Assembly: GCA_965153285.1 (NCBI GenBank)
Contig: OZ229112.1
Strand: one strand, 5' to 3'
Source of the DNA: Podarcis tiliguerta
Taxonomy: Eukaryota
Length of the DNA: 64,000 nt
Part shown: piece after piece, positions 24,300-37,300 of the stretch
How positions within the stretch are numbered: position 1 is the first letter of the stretch
Layout: every line of letters begins with the position of its first letter
Translations under genes and position numbers: made by a program
The notes under the pieces: model-generated
What the model saw: the letters and a program-made list of their open reading frames with translations, nothing else
What the model was told of the DNA's origin: nothing
Database searches by the model: none

Positions 24300-24670
24300 T
24301 TGACAGGAATAGCCTAACTACTGTTGTCCATGCTCTGGTAACCTAGGTTAGATTACTGCAACAGGTTACAGTGGTACCTCGGGTTAAGTACTTAATTCGT
24401 TCCGGAGGTCCGTACTTAACCTGAAACTGTTCTTAACCTGAAGCACCACTTTAGCTAATGGGGCCTCCTGCTGCCACCATGCCGCCGGAGCACGATTTCT
24501 GTTCTCATCCTGAAGCAAAGTTCTTAACCTGAAGCACTATTTCTGGGTTAGCGGAGTCTGTAACCTGAAGCGTATGTAACCTGAGGTACCACTGTATATG
24601 TTGGGCTGCCTTTGAAGACTGTTCAGAAACTTCAGCTAGTGCAGAATTCAGCACTCAGGTTTCTCACCAG
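24300..24670 (+). mobile_element. L2 LINE ORF2 fragment interrupted by a MITE
   Basis: Translates across the insertion as TVVHALVT-RLDYCN / YVGLPLKTVQKLQLVQN, a hallmark L2 post-RT motif. Confidence 0.75.
24369..24594 (+). mobile_element. Tigger-like MITE, family A copy 1
   Basis: TA|CAGTGGTACCTCGGGTT ... AACCTGAGGTACCACTG|TA; internal TAACCTGAAG repeats. Confidence 0.9.
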
Positions 24671-25032
24671 GGTAAATAATTAGAATAAAAAGCTCATCAG
24701 CAGCCTTTTCATTAAAAGCAGTTAGTTCCCAAAAGCTTGCCAGCAGAAGGACAAGGAGGGAGCCAATCTAACTTCTCTAGGAAAGGAGTTCCAACGCCTG
24801 GGAGCAGCTACCAAGAAGGCCCTCTCCCACATCCCTATCAAATGTAATCAAACCAAAATCCATTTGCAAGGATGCCAGAAGATGGACTACTCCACATGCC
24901 CCCTTGGCATGTTCAAACACTGGAAAAGGCAACAGTAAATGCACGGTGCTACTTTTATCTAAATTTACCCGTCGTGATGTTTTCCCGTTTACTCTGCCTT
25001 CCCTCTTAGGGAAATGGTGTAGCACAGTAGTA

Positions 25033-25252
25033 CAGTTGGTACCTCAGGTTACATACGCTTCAGGTTACAGACTCTGCTAACTCAGAAATAGTACCTTGGG
25101 TTAAGAACTTTGCTTCAGGATGAGAACAGAAATTGTGCCCCGGCGGCACAGCAGCAGCAGGAGGCCCCATTAGCTAAAGTGGTGCTTCAGGTTAAGAACA
25201 GTTTCAGGTTAAGAATGGACCTCCGGAACGAATTAAGTACTTAACCTGAGGT
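25033..25252 (-). mobile_element. Tigger-like MITE, family A copy 2 (inverted, one end truncated), inserted in a Squam3-like SINE remnant (~25010-25390)
   Basis: Reverse complement of 24369-24594; flanks read as a tRNA-like head and ...GTTCAATCTCCAGCATCTCTAGGTAGG...CAGCTTCCTACATTCCT. Confidence 0.85.
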
Positions 25253-26882
25253 TCAATCTCCAGCATCTCTAGGTAGGCCTGGGAGAGAACTTTGTACCTT
25301 GAAGTGCTGCTACCAGTCACCATAGACAATATTGAGCAAGATGGACTTAAGGGATTGTCCTAGTGTTAAGTCCAGCTTCCTACATTCCTGGTTCTACCTG
25401 GTCTTGTTCTGTTATGGCGCTTTGGGTGCTTCAAGGCAACCTGTTTGTACATTCAACATCAGTCCTGATTTGTCCACATAAAGCTGATACAGAGGATTTA
25501 TTGAGCATTTGATCTAATTTATTTTATTTAAATATTTTAAAACAGCTTTCAAATAAAATATCACAAGATACTAAAAAAACACAAATACTACAATAAAAGC
25601 ATCAAGCACACAACCAAAAGCTGGCTGGCAAAGAATCTCAGGTTTGAAAGGTCTTTTTCAGAAGATGTCTGAAAGAGCAGGGGTGACTACTGCTATTGGC
25701 AGTAATTGGGAAATACTTCCAAGTAAAGATATGTAGGGTTGCACTGTAAGTGTGTTTAGGATAGAAGCCCATATCATCCATGGCCATCTACTTTGCAATA
25801 GACCTACTGTTGGAGGCAACGTGGTGCTCCCACCATCTGGCAGTTTGGTACAATAAAGTCTGCATTCCATAGGTTCATCAGAGGGGTGTGGCCAATTATC
25901 TCAAGGCAATTTGGCCTTAAAATGAATAATTGAGAGGATGAGGTTGGCCTATTCCAGGACAATGATGAGACTGAACGTTGGCTCTGTTCTTCACAACTTG
26001 TATTCGTTTCCCCCTCCTTCCCACTAGAGGGCAAACTACACCTTTTCTTTTTCAAGCAACAAAACAAGAAACAATGTCTCATTTGAGCTAATTCTGCAAG
26101 TTGTTAACAAGGCATGAATCGGAAAGGGAACCATACAGCTTGTTAGGTACATGTCTTCTACTCAGTATTGTTTTGTGAGGATTTAATTCAGTTTAACTTA
26201 TTGCATTACAAATGCAGATGTGTCTTAGAACACCAATGAACTGGGGGAAAGATCAGCTACAATTTGCTCATAAATACATTTTAAGCAGCTCCTTTAAACA
26301 AGGCATGCTTCTCATTTTAAAGTAGAATGCCATTTCCAATCTAAAATCCCAGTAACATGCGGAGTAAATAATTCCATGGGAAGCGGTATATCTACATAGA
26401 ATACATTTTAAAATCTAAATTCTGCTCCAAGAAAGACTGTATGCTGTGGTTAGTACAAATATATGCACACATTTCCTTATTTTCTATATTATATTCTCTC
26501 TGGGTTGGGACACAGCACTATGCAGGTGCTTCCAAATGCCAGTTTCTGGAAACTACTACCAGCAAGAGTATTCTTGTGCTCGGATCCTGCTTCCAGGTTT
26601 GCCACAGGCATCTGGTTGGCCTTTGTGAGAACAGGATGCTGGACCATTCAAAGTGTTGGTGCTGACCTTTAAAGCCCTAAATGGCCTCGGCCCAGTGTAC
26701 CTGAAAGAGTGTCTCCACACACATTGTTCAGCCCGGATACTGAGATCCAGCGACGAGGACCTTCTGGCAGTTCCCTCACTGCGAGATGTGAATTTACAGG
26801 GAACCAGGCAGAGGACCTTCTCTGTAGTTGTGCCTGCCCTGTGGAATGCCCTCCTATCAGATGTCAAGGACAGAAACAACTA

Positions 26883-27124
26883 CAGTGGTACCTCAGGTTA
26901 AGTACTTAATTCGTTCCAGAGGTTCGTACTTAACCTGAAACTGTTCTTAACCTGAAGCACCACTTTAGCTAATGGGGCCTCCTGCTGCTGCCGCGCCGCC
27001 AGAGCCCGATTTGGGTTCTCATCCTGAAGCAAAGCTCTTAACCTGAAGCACTATTTCTGGGTTAGCAGAGTCTGTAACCTGAAGCGTATGTGACCTGAAG
27101 CATATGTAACCTGATGTACCACTG
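26883..27124 (+). mobile_element. Tigger-like MITE, family A copy 3
   Basis: TA|CAGTGGTACCTCAGGTT ... GTACCACTG; same body as copy 1. Confidence 0.9.
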
Positions 27125-27126
27125 CA

Positions 27127-27386
27127 CAGTGGATGCTCGGGTTGCGAACGTGGTCCATGCGGGATGCACGTTCGCAACCCGCAGCGTTCGCAACCCGCAG
27201 CTGCGCATCTGTACACGCGCAGGTTGCGATTCGGCACTTCTGCGCATGTGCAAAGTGCGATTTAGTGCTTCTGTGCATGTGTGACCGCCGAAACCTGGAA
27301 GTAACCCGTTCCTGTACTTCCAGGTTTCAGCAGTCCGTAACCTGAAAAAACACAACCTGAAGCGTCTGTAACCCAAGGTATGGCTG
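27127..27386. mobile_element. Tigger-like MITE, family B (CpG-rich)
   Basis: CAGTGGATGCTCGGGTT ... AACCCAAGGTATGGCTG|TA; internal GTTCGCAACCCGCAGC repeats. Confidence 0.75.
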
Positions 27387-28666
27387 TATTTGACTTATAG
27401 AAGACACCTGAAGGCAGCCCAGTATGGAGACGTTTTTAATGTTGGATGGTTTATTATGCTTCTGTATTTGTTGGAAGCTGCCCCAAGTGGCTGGGGCAAC
27501 CCAGTCAGATGGGAGGGGTACAAATAATAAAATTACTACTGCTGCTACAAAATGGTCCATAGAATTGTAGAGTTGGAATGGAGCGCAAGAGTCATTAGTC
27601 CAACCCCCTGCAATGCTCTGTTCTGATCTAAGGCAATAGAGCACCATAAGACACGCAAAACAAATTTAAGAATGGATATAACTAAATCGTGTGCCTGAAT
27701 AGGCCTGAAATGAAAAAAAGTTCAGCATCTAATTATGACTGAGTACAACACAAAGTGATGCCTTGCATAGGTGAAATAGCAAGCCTGTATCAAAGTTAAG
27801 CATACGCTATGTGTGCTGCATTTGGGGGGTGGGGATATATTACTACTCTGACATTCCAAGCATGGAATCATCTGTTGCATGTGTGGCTAAATGTCTGTAT
27901 TTTGTATCACAAGGGAATTAAGACTTAATGGTCATGTTTGCCTTTTAATAGTCATGTTTGCAAAACATATGATTAACAACGGAGCACCTGCTGGAAAAGA
28001 TTTTACTGTAGCCCAAATTGCAGAAGAAGAAGAAAATATTGTTATCCTGTTAGGGAAACAGAATTCTGCTCTTTGTCAGATTTCTTAACTAAGGAAATGA
28101 AGACTCCAAAGTGGAAGGTGCTCCCATCTAATTTCCTCCCTTGTTTCATATGCCTTATTAAATATTAAATTCAATTTGGAGCTTTGTTTAATTGAAATAC
28201 ACCTTTTAATCCCTAAATTTTATTCCCATCAGGCCTCTGCTGCAGCAGACTTAACCACGTTCAGAAACTTCCGTGAGCTTTCAAGCTAAGACTCTGAATC
28301 AGCAGACATGACCTCTGCAAAGGCCCTCTTACTCACAGCAGTCACAGGGGGCCGAGTGCAAAAGAGAAAAAATAACTTCAAACAGTTTTTTCTAACCCTA
28401 CCTGCTCTCTCCTATGTATCCATTCCCTTGGTATTCAAGGATGAAACGGAAACAGAATACCCTCTCCACCTCCAGATTGGAGTGTTACGTTTCTTGCCAC
28501 GGAAAAATAGCAATGTATTCCCTCCTAGGGAACTCCTGCCCTGCAGTAGACAAATGTGGTTCAAGAGCAGTATACATATAGCATAAACGCATAATTTAAA
28601 AGGTTATTCTAATAAATCAGTACAATTGCAGGGTTAATTTTTTAACAGAAGTCTGAATCAAGTTAT

Positions 28667-29038
28667 GGTAAAGGTAAAGGTAAAGGTACCCCTGCCCGTA
28701 CGGGCCAGTCGTGTCCGACTCTAGGGTTGTGCGCCCATCTCACTTAAGAGGCCGGGGGCCAGCGCTGTCCGCAGACACTTCCGGGTCACGTGGCGAGCGT
28801 GACGAAGCTACTCTGGCGAGTCAGCACCAGGGCAGCACACGGAAACGCTGTTTACCTTCCCGCTATAAAGCGGTACCTATTTATCTACTTGCACTTAGGG
28901 GTGCTTTCGAACTGCTAGGTGGGCAGGAGCTGGGACCGAACAACGGGAGCTCACCCCGCCGCGGGGATTCGAACCGCCGACCATGTGATCGGCAAGCCCT
29001 AGGTGCTGAGGTTTTACCCACAGCGCCACCCGCGTCCC
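28667..29038 (-). mobile_element. Sauria (Squam1) SINE, CpG-rich distinct subfamily
   Basis: (GGTAAA)3 is the antisense (TTTACC)n tail; intact B box (GGATTCGAACC antisense); 5' end at CGCGTCCC. Confidence 0.9.
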
Positions 29039-29672
29039 TGCACTAACTTAACACTAACTTAACTCCCCAACTCTACTCATTTAACTCTGCCCCAAGCATT
29101 GTTATGGATGCACCCAAGACACAGAAAATTAGAGACAGGATCCAGCAGTGTTTTTACAGCTATTTCATCCACTGCTCAATAAAAAGGGAACTTCAGGATG
29201 AATTGCAAACTGGCATAAAGAGAGCTTGAGTATTGATTGGATGGGCAATGATCAGATACAGGGAAAGACCAAGTGAGAGAAGGTTTGAGAGATAGAGAAT
29301 TTATATTTTATGAATATTTTTGAATTAGAGATTTTTTAAATATAATTGGTTGTGAACTTACAGAGAAGGATTAAAGCAGCCAAATAATGTTGAGAAATTA
29401 ATTTGTCAAAAGCATGTCCAGTTTTTAAAAAAATATTCATATAGCACTCAGTACATAAGTGAACCATGTTATAAAATGGGAGGATATGACTGCATTGCAG
29501 GGGGTTGGACTAGATGACCCTTGGGTCCCTTCCAGCTCTAAGATTCTATGACTGGGACATCAGTCCCAAGAAATGTCTGGAAATATATATGGGAAAATAT
29601 ATTGCAACATTAACATTGATGGCTAATTCTATAAAGCTTTGGACAATGTGGCATTTAACATCAACTCAGATC

Positions 29673-30201
29673 CAGTGGTACCTTGGTTCTCGAACACCTT
29701 GGTACTCAAACAACTTGGAACCCTAACACTGCAAACCTGGAAGTAAGTGTTCCTTTGCAAGCTGTTGTTGGAAGTGGAATGTGCTCCATAAGAGTGTTAT
29801 GCTTCCAATTTGAGTGGATTGCCACACTACCATTTTTGAGTGCCACGCTTCCGTTTTGAGTGTTACGCTGAGGTCTGTCTGTTTTTTGCTATTTATTTTG
29901 AGTTTTTGTTTTTGCGGATCTTTTTGTTTTTTGTGTGTGTGACTGAGTGGAACCCAGTTCAGCTACTGATTGATTAATTGTGTGACTGCAGTACATTTTT
30001 TATTGCTTTCATTTTATGGATCAATGGTCTCATTGTAAAATCCATGTTGAATTGCTGTTTTAAGGGTTGCTTTTAAAAGTCTGGAATGGATTAATCCATT
30101 TTGCATTACTTTCTATGAGAAAGTGCGCCTTGGTTTTGGAATGCTTTGGTTTTGGAACAGATTTCTGGGACGGATTAAGTTTGAGAACCAAGATACCACT
30201 G
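29673..30201. mobile_element. Longer Tigger-like non-autonomous DNA transposon
   Basis: TIRs CAGTGGTACCTTGGTTCTCGAAC / GTTTGAGAACCAAGATACCACTG|TA. Confidence 0.8.
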
Positions 30202-32349
30202 TATTTAGAGTATGTAAAAGAGGAAATGACAGATGATATAAACGAGGAATGGATAAAGCAGATTTTATCCACTGCTTGTGGAACTGTCCCAAAGCTAAAA
30301 AGTACTGCTATGAAATGGCATCCAAGATAAGCAATATTTTGAAGTATGGTTAGACCCAAACATATACTGTACTTACTAGTACATCTTCAGCATGCAGTCC
30401 CTAAAGACAGAGATAAGTTATTGCACTGGATTATTCTAGCAGCAAGGATTGTGTGTGTGGATCATTGGAAAAAGAAAGAATGCCCCTGCTTAAGGGAATG
30501 GTTTATAAAATTCAGGACCTGAGCATAGCAGCATTCAAGCCTGGGTTCCTCCAGCAGCTGATATCAAGAGGCATAACTGCTTCCATGACTGCATACCTGC
30601 CAAGTGCCCCAGAAAAAAATAGGACATCCTGTTTTTTCACGCAAGATTGCAGTGGCCACTTTTTTCAGGGTGCTTTTTGGGAGGTGAAAGTGGGGCACAG
30701 GTCATGTGACTAACCTGGGAGCATGTCCTGGAAGATGCACATCCTGGTTTTGGGTCTGAAAAAGTTGGGTGGGGGTAGCACATACTCATAATGACTAGAA
30801 GCCATGGGTAGCTTTATCTTTCATGAACTTGTCAAATCCTCTCTCGTGGCAGTGAATTCCATAGTTTCCTTAGGTGCTTGGGAGCATAGTGAAACAGAAG
30901 GGACATTATTCAGTCTCTGCTGCATCCTCCCAACCCCACACTAAGCGGTTGAGCCTCTTTGCCCCATTGACAGTCTTCCTTGTAGAAGGGAGGGCTGAAC
31001 TCACCTAAAGTTGGATGTAAAGGACTGGGCAGCGTTCTTATTCATTTTCAGCAAATGAAAGCCTTTTCTGTTACCTTCATAAAGTCAGAATAGCAGCCTA
31101 AAAATTATAGCGATGTTTCAGAAGCATTATTGCCATGAATTCAAAGTTAAAGTCTTTTATCTTCCCCTTAACCTCTCTGTAACCTCCTCCTCCCACAGCT
31201 CTGCATTACCCAAAGACTGGGGGTGGGTTAGTCTATTGAAGCAGTGCTCCATAATGACATTGCCTTTCATTATCGATCTTAGGATCTCTTTCTTGCACAC
31301 AGATGTATCCCTAATAAGATCTCCCCTTTTAAAAACGTTCTAGGCCAAACGTGTAAGTTATATAGATTCTGCAGGGGCCAGAAGAACAGAAAATGCAGCA
31401 AATAGTATCACCATAATTTGTACAAATTATTTTCCAACTTTATTCTGAAATTTTAAATGATTATGACTTCATGTGATAATTCCAATAGCCACATTAAACA
31501 TGGGGTTGCAACAATTCTATTTCAGTCGGCTAATCTTAGCTAACCAAACAAGCTCTGCACAAAACTTTGGGTAAACATCTGAACCATAATGCTTTAGGTT
31601 TGTGTAATGTATCACTAAGGAAGAATCTTGTTCAGTCTAGTAAAACTGCAGAAAATATTCATTCTTAGGTGTATTTGAATTAATGATATTTTAAGGTCAT
31701 GATCTAATAGTGTAACCTCCTATTTCCTCTTTACAACAACCATGGTTTCCAGCATTGTGAATAAGTCACATGAACCTTTAGCTTGTGTGCTCCTTGCTTC
31801 CTTTTCTACATGCTAGAGAAAAAAATCAAAAGCATCTGTTTCTGGTTGTAACCACAGTTCTCTATGGTGTGCATACACAGGGAACCGTAGCTTGTGCAAA
31901 CCATGGTTTCAAAACAAACAAGGATATGAAACTACAGCTTGATATTCACTTGTTTTCGCTAACCAGTTTAAATAAACCATGGCTCCCTGAGTTGTTTAAA
32001 ATGGGAAATGAAAGCTGTCACTCACCTCCTCAGAAAAGAAGGGAGGAGAGGGGAGTGTGAAAGCCTGAGGTTTTACGTAGCTTCTTTATGTAGTAAGAAA
32101 CCATGTTTGCCTGTTACATCTAAGCTGAGCCTCTGTGTTACACTATAAACTGCTTTTCAACTTGAGCTGTGGAAGAATGTTTTGCTTCGAGGCCCCCAAG
32201 CCCTTCCCCTGAAAATAACTTCACACTGACACATAATTTTAGTTTAAGTTATTGGGCAAAATTTAGGCCACAACTTTAATGATTACAGCAAAGTGAGCAG
32301 TATTGGTTTAGGCATTGGCAACAGACTGACTCCTGCCTCTCTGGCTGGA

Positions 32350-32960
32350 AGTGTGAACGGGTAAACACCAAATGAGGGAGCAACATCAATGAAGACCAAC
32401 CGAAGCTCACCCGGAGTTCCTGCGGTCCTGGCATGGCCCTAGCCCCTCAAGCAGACTTCGGATGAGATCCAGGACCCCCAGATTCCTTTACCGGAATACC
32501 CTTCTTCATGGAGGGGCAGGTGATGGCCGCACCTCCCCTCCCACACACTTCAATAAGCCAATGCCTAACTGCCAAACCTTACAAAGTTGTGATGATTGCT
32601 AAGGTGGTAGGCAAAAACCAAGTGGCTACAGCCAATCTGCCAAATGGAAAAATTCCTACCCAGCCCCTGCTCCAAAGCAGGCGACCCAATCCAAAGAAAG
32701 GCCAAAGCAGCAGCACCTAAAATTAGGGAGGGAGGACAGGCGTTTGGCAGTGCGAAGCAAGTACCCACAGTTACGCCGCTCCTCCGCTTTTATAGACCCC
32801 AGGAATCACGCCAACTGCCCCGATTGGCCCAAACAGCCTGGCGCGATCCTGGGGTCTAACGGTTAAGGCTTGGGCCACGCCTGGCGACAACTCTCTCAGC
32901 GGGGGGTGCCTTAGGAGCCCGTGTCAACCAGGACCCTCATTAAGGAGGATCCCATCTGTA
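32350..32960 (-). mobile_element. GC/CpG-enriched insert, probable retroelement terminal-repeat remnant (LTR or DIRS/Ngaro type)
   Basis: Abrupt composition shift; minus-strand CCAAT (32823-32827) and TATAAAA (32788-32794); shares CCAATGCCTAA...AAAGTTGTG with 50376-50423. Confidence 0.4.
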
Positions 32961-33723
32961 AAAAGTAAACAAACCACAGATAAAAAAGGTGTACTTACAT
33001 AGGATCTGATATATATGCACCTCTAAGGATCATGGTTCGGTCTTCATCTACTCCCTGCATCTTGTTATGTAAAATTCAGCCCATGCATGATTCTTGCAAT
33101 AATAGATTTGTAGCTGAATCAGAAGGTACATGACCTCTTGCTTGTAGTATGATCCTGCTGATGTTTTTGCAGGGCCAAACACTGGTGAGCTGAGATAAAT
33201 GAATGTCTTAAATGTTAAGTTTCATTGAAAGAGACAGGCTTTTCCAGGCAGAAAGAAAATGTGAGAGAATAAATATAATTTTGTTTGTAATAGTCTCCGG
33301 TGCTATCCTTTTGAATAATTCAGCAGAGAACTCTCATCAGTGCTGCAAAGGAGCATAATGATACTAACATATAATAGTCCTATTATGAAGGCATGATCTT
33401 GCAAAGTAAATTTAATGCAATATTAAACTGCTAATAATATTGGTACTACTCTGTGTGCAGAGGGAGGGCTGCATATTAGCTCCAAACAAGCCAGAAAATG
33501 GCCTACTGGCCATTATCATTGCCACCTCCTCAACACAGGGCAGGAGGAAAGGTTTAGACCAATACTTGTGCTGCAGCCCTGTCCAAATTGACTGCTTCCC
33601 ACATGAATGCTCATAACTCAGTGGTAGACCACATGCTCTTTGTTCAATCCTCCGCATCTCCAGGTTGGACTGGAAAAGATTCTGGTGTGAAACTCTGAAG
33701 AGGCACTGCCAATCAGTGTGGCC

Positions 33724-33859
33724 CAGTGTTTCTCAAACTTGAGTTTCCAGCTGTTGATGGACTACAACTCCCATCACCCCTAGCTAGCAGGACCAATGGT
33801 CAGGGATGATGGGAGTTGTAGTCCAACAACAGCTGGAGACTCAAGTGTGAGAAGCACTG
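33724..33859. mobile_element. Palindromic hAT-type MITE inside a Squam3-like SINE remnant
   Basis: CAGTGTTTCTCAAACTTGAG...GGACTACAACTCCCATCA / TGATGGGAGTTGTAGTCC...CTCAAGTGTGAGAAGCACTG; near-perfect hairpin. Confidence 0.85.
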
Positions 33860-34100
33860 GTGCAGGCCAGATGGATCAGTGGTCCAGTTCAGTATTAGGA
33901 AGCTCTCTGTATTCCCATGTCAGGACAGGAGGCACAACCTCTACATTTAATTTGATCCTAAACAAAACCAAGAAAGTGATGTGTCTGGGTGTTCCCAGCT
34001 CTCACCCTCCACTACCAAGAAACATTTTAAGCATTTGGTGGCAGAGGGAGGGGGATTGTTTAAAAACATTCTAGTAGGATACAGAGAACAAATTACAGTG

Positions 34101-34345
34101 CAGTGGTACCTCAGGTTACATACGCTTCTGGTTACAGACGCTTCAGGTTACAGACTCCGCTAACCCAGAAATATTACCTCAGGTTAAGAACTTTGCTTCA
34201 GGATGAGAACAGAAATTGTGCAGCAGCAGCAGCGCAGCAGCACCAGGAGGCCCCATTAGCTAAAGTGGTGCTTCAGGTTAAGAACAGTTTCAGGTTAAGA
34301 ACAGACCTCCAGAACGAATTAAGTTCTTAACCCGAGGTACCACTG
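34101..34345 (-). mobile_element. Tigger-like MITE, family A copy 4
   Basis: CAGTGGTACCTCAGGTT ... AACCCGAGGTACCACTG|TA; reverse orientation to copy 1. Confidence 0.9.
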
Positions 34346-37300
34346 TATTTGCAATGAGGTCCTGGTGGTTTAAGCAATTTCATTTTAGTTGGGGGCTATG
34401 AACAGGAATTGAATACAGAGGAGTAGACAAGACACTCAGAAATGTGTGTAAAGATTATTAAGCGCTTACAGTGAAATGTGGCTACGGCAGGGGCTTATTG
34501 TGAAATCAGATGGCAAGGAGATCCAAAACAGTCAAGATTCATTCAAATGGAAGAAATCTACCTGAAGTCACCCCTTACATATTTAACCTCCCTGGGTGGG
34601 CTTCCTCTGCAGCTTGCAGCGCAATTACATTTCCTTACAACATTAGATTACTCTACTTTTTTAGTGCTGAATTGGCAGCAGGAACCTCTACAGCTGTTAA
34701 ATTACTCATCACCACCAATGCTATTATTCAAGCTAAGTGGCATTGAGTAAAATATGTTAATGCAATAACTTTTATGGTATCTAGATCGGCCAGACATTAC
34801 TTGAAAATCAACACTCTGAGAACTTCAGATCTAGGTATAATCTGAAACTCATTGACACAGATGGCAGCTTCCTCACAGGACACACAGCAACCTGGCAGGG
34901 GGCTTGACATTCTAGTAGGAACAAAGGATTAAGGCCCACCCCTACTGCCATAGTCCTGATCCAGGCGTCTTCCAGTTTTTAAAAAATCCCATCTATGCAA
35001 CACTCAACTACATGACTACATGGTCAGGACTAAAGCTGCTGGAACTGTATGTTTAATGCCATGTGGTGAACCTCTAAACTGCAGGTGGCAGCTTCTCAAT
35101 GAAAAAAATTCTGACCCTGATCTGAGTCAACCCACACAGATGGACCATTAGTTCCTACATATAGGAGGGCTTCTTTTCTCAGCTGAACAACAAGGTCTTC
35201 CTTGAAAGTTGGTGTGTTGCTGCATCCTTGGTTATTCTTTGCTGCTACCTGTCCTGGTCCAGGTTGCTGGATGGTCCCCCTACTGCAGGTTTTCTGCTTC
35301 CTGGCCCAATGCTGCTGTCCATGGTCCTGAAACACAGCAAGTTTGGCCTTCAATATCCTCTCTCCTTACATTAACTTTCGGTTCACTTCCTCTCTACATA
35401 GCAAAACTCTGCTCCAAGGCACATAAATCAAGATGGTATATTCATTCAGTTGATAGGTTCCAGAAAATGGGCTATGCTTCTACGTTAACTACAACAGTAT
35501 ATTTTTTTATTGGTTAACTTAGGGGTCAGGAATTTAGGCCCTTGTCAATTTGAGGGAGGCTCTTGTTCCCTTTCCCCCCATTTTCTGGAGTCCCTGCACA
35601 CCAACCTTTTGGTGGAGGAACACAAAAAGCCATAAATGAGAGAAGCCTTAATTTATATATGGAAAATATGCACAGTTCTTTGGATCACAGCCTTAGATTT
35701 GATTCTTCCTCCTGCTCAGGCTACGATTACTGCCATTCCTGAAGTTCTGTGTCTTTCTTAAATCCTGCTCTTTATTGCGAGTGTGCTGAGTACAGCTTGG
35801 TAATGTCAAACATCTCTGATTTGATTTGTGTGGAACCAGATGTCAACAAATTGGAATTTAATGTTGTTGAAGCAGATGACAATGTAGGAAGCATAAAAGG
35901 CCTTCACTGCCAGTAACAATCAAAAGCAAACATTTGCATCTTGTTGGCCAAATACTGCATCCTCTGTAATTTGTGTGCATTAGAAGAATATCAGAAAAAC
36001 AGTTGAGACTATATTTTTATTTCTTCCCAAGGAACAGTATTAAGCTGGTGCATTTTTTAAAATTTTGCAACCTACCTGGCTGCTTTCCTTAATGGGTCTT
36101 AAGGAAATTGTATGGGGTCTTCCAGTTAAATATTTGACACCACCTACATCAGGCAGAGGATCGATGGGTTTCCCCTCAAAAACACTGGAATGAAAAAAAC
36201 TGGTACAACAAATGGCCACATTTATGTGATGAATTTCTTGAGTGTGTGGAAGGGAATGTTTCCACTTTTTTTCCAGTTGGCTAGAATGTGTAAATGCTCT
36301 CTATCAGAAAGATCTGCATGCTCATTTAGATTTATTTTATACATAAAAAGTAACCCAGCTTTGTCACCATGGTGTGTTGCTGCATCCTTCACAAAAGGAA
36401 GCCACACCCAGTTTTCTGTACCTGCATGATACCTGTCTTTTCACACACCTCTATGTCACCATCACACTTTTTAAACATTTGGGTGGTAGATACTGAATCT
36501 TTAAAAAAACTACCTTTTTGAAATCTTTGGTTGTTTAATCTGTTTTGCAAGCCACTCTGGAAAGGTTTTCTTCAAGGACAGAGTATGAATCCATAAAAAT
36601 AAACCAGCAGACAAGCAGTGCCTTTTTTAAAAAGTAATGTGTAAGGAGTGTCATCACCAGAGACAAAAACTGCTGCCATGGTGGCTTAGACAACTCTCCA
36701 ACCAGACACGCTCCTGAAGGTTCCTTTTATTCTCAGTCTGGCAGTGGAATAGATAGCCATCCTTCCAAGGCCAAAAATATCGATACTTCCGCCTACAGTG
36801 CACCAGCTGGCTGGCAAGGAATGATGCCTCAAATGGCCATCTGTTCAGTAATCGCTGTGCAATCATGAGGGGCATTGAGGGCCTAGGTATTCATTTTGAC
36901 TGTTTGGAAACCAGCGCTTAGTGGCTCCTGCTCACAGAATTGCTCTGTGCAAAAGTAAACGTAAAACCAGGGGTGCAAAAAAACAGGTGCCTAGTCATAA
37001 CTGGCAGTTTAAAGATGGTGCTTGCAACTGGTGCCTGTGTTAGAGAAGGGCAAGAGGGAAGGATGTTTCTCCCCTTCCATACTTATTTAGTGAATAGTCT
37101 TTTAGAAGAATGTTCCTAAGAAAGCAGTGCACAGCAATATATAAATTAAGCAAATTTATCACAATAACATATCGAACAATACAGTTTAAAACTAAAGAAA
37201 AGGCAGTAGCAATAAAGGCAAACAAAATGAAACCCCAGCCAGTGATAACATCAGAATAGCACTTGGCCCAGTAAAATAATAAAATCACAATATAACCAAA

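Larger units (their letters stand above)
26645..27545 (+). mobile_element. L2 LINE 3' end split by two tandem MITEs
   Basis: LVLTFKALNGLGPVYLKECL...RTFSVVVPALWNAL (ORF 26653) is the L2 ORF2 C-terminus; the element resumes at 27389 with a 3' UTR and AATAATAAAATTACTACT tail. Confidence 0.8.

Noticed and set aside
24369-24594. Regularly spaced TAACCTGAAG repeats resembling a CRISPR-like array
   Set aside because: Eukaryotic context; spacers are the same between dispersed copies, and each unit has TIRs and TA duplications, so it is a MITE
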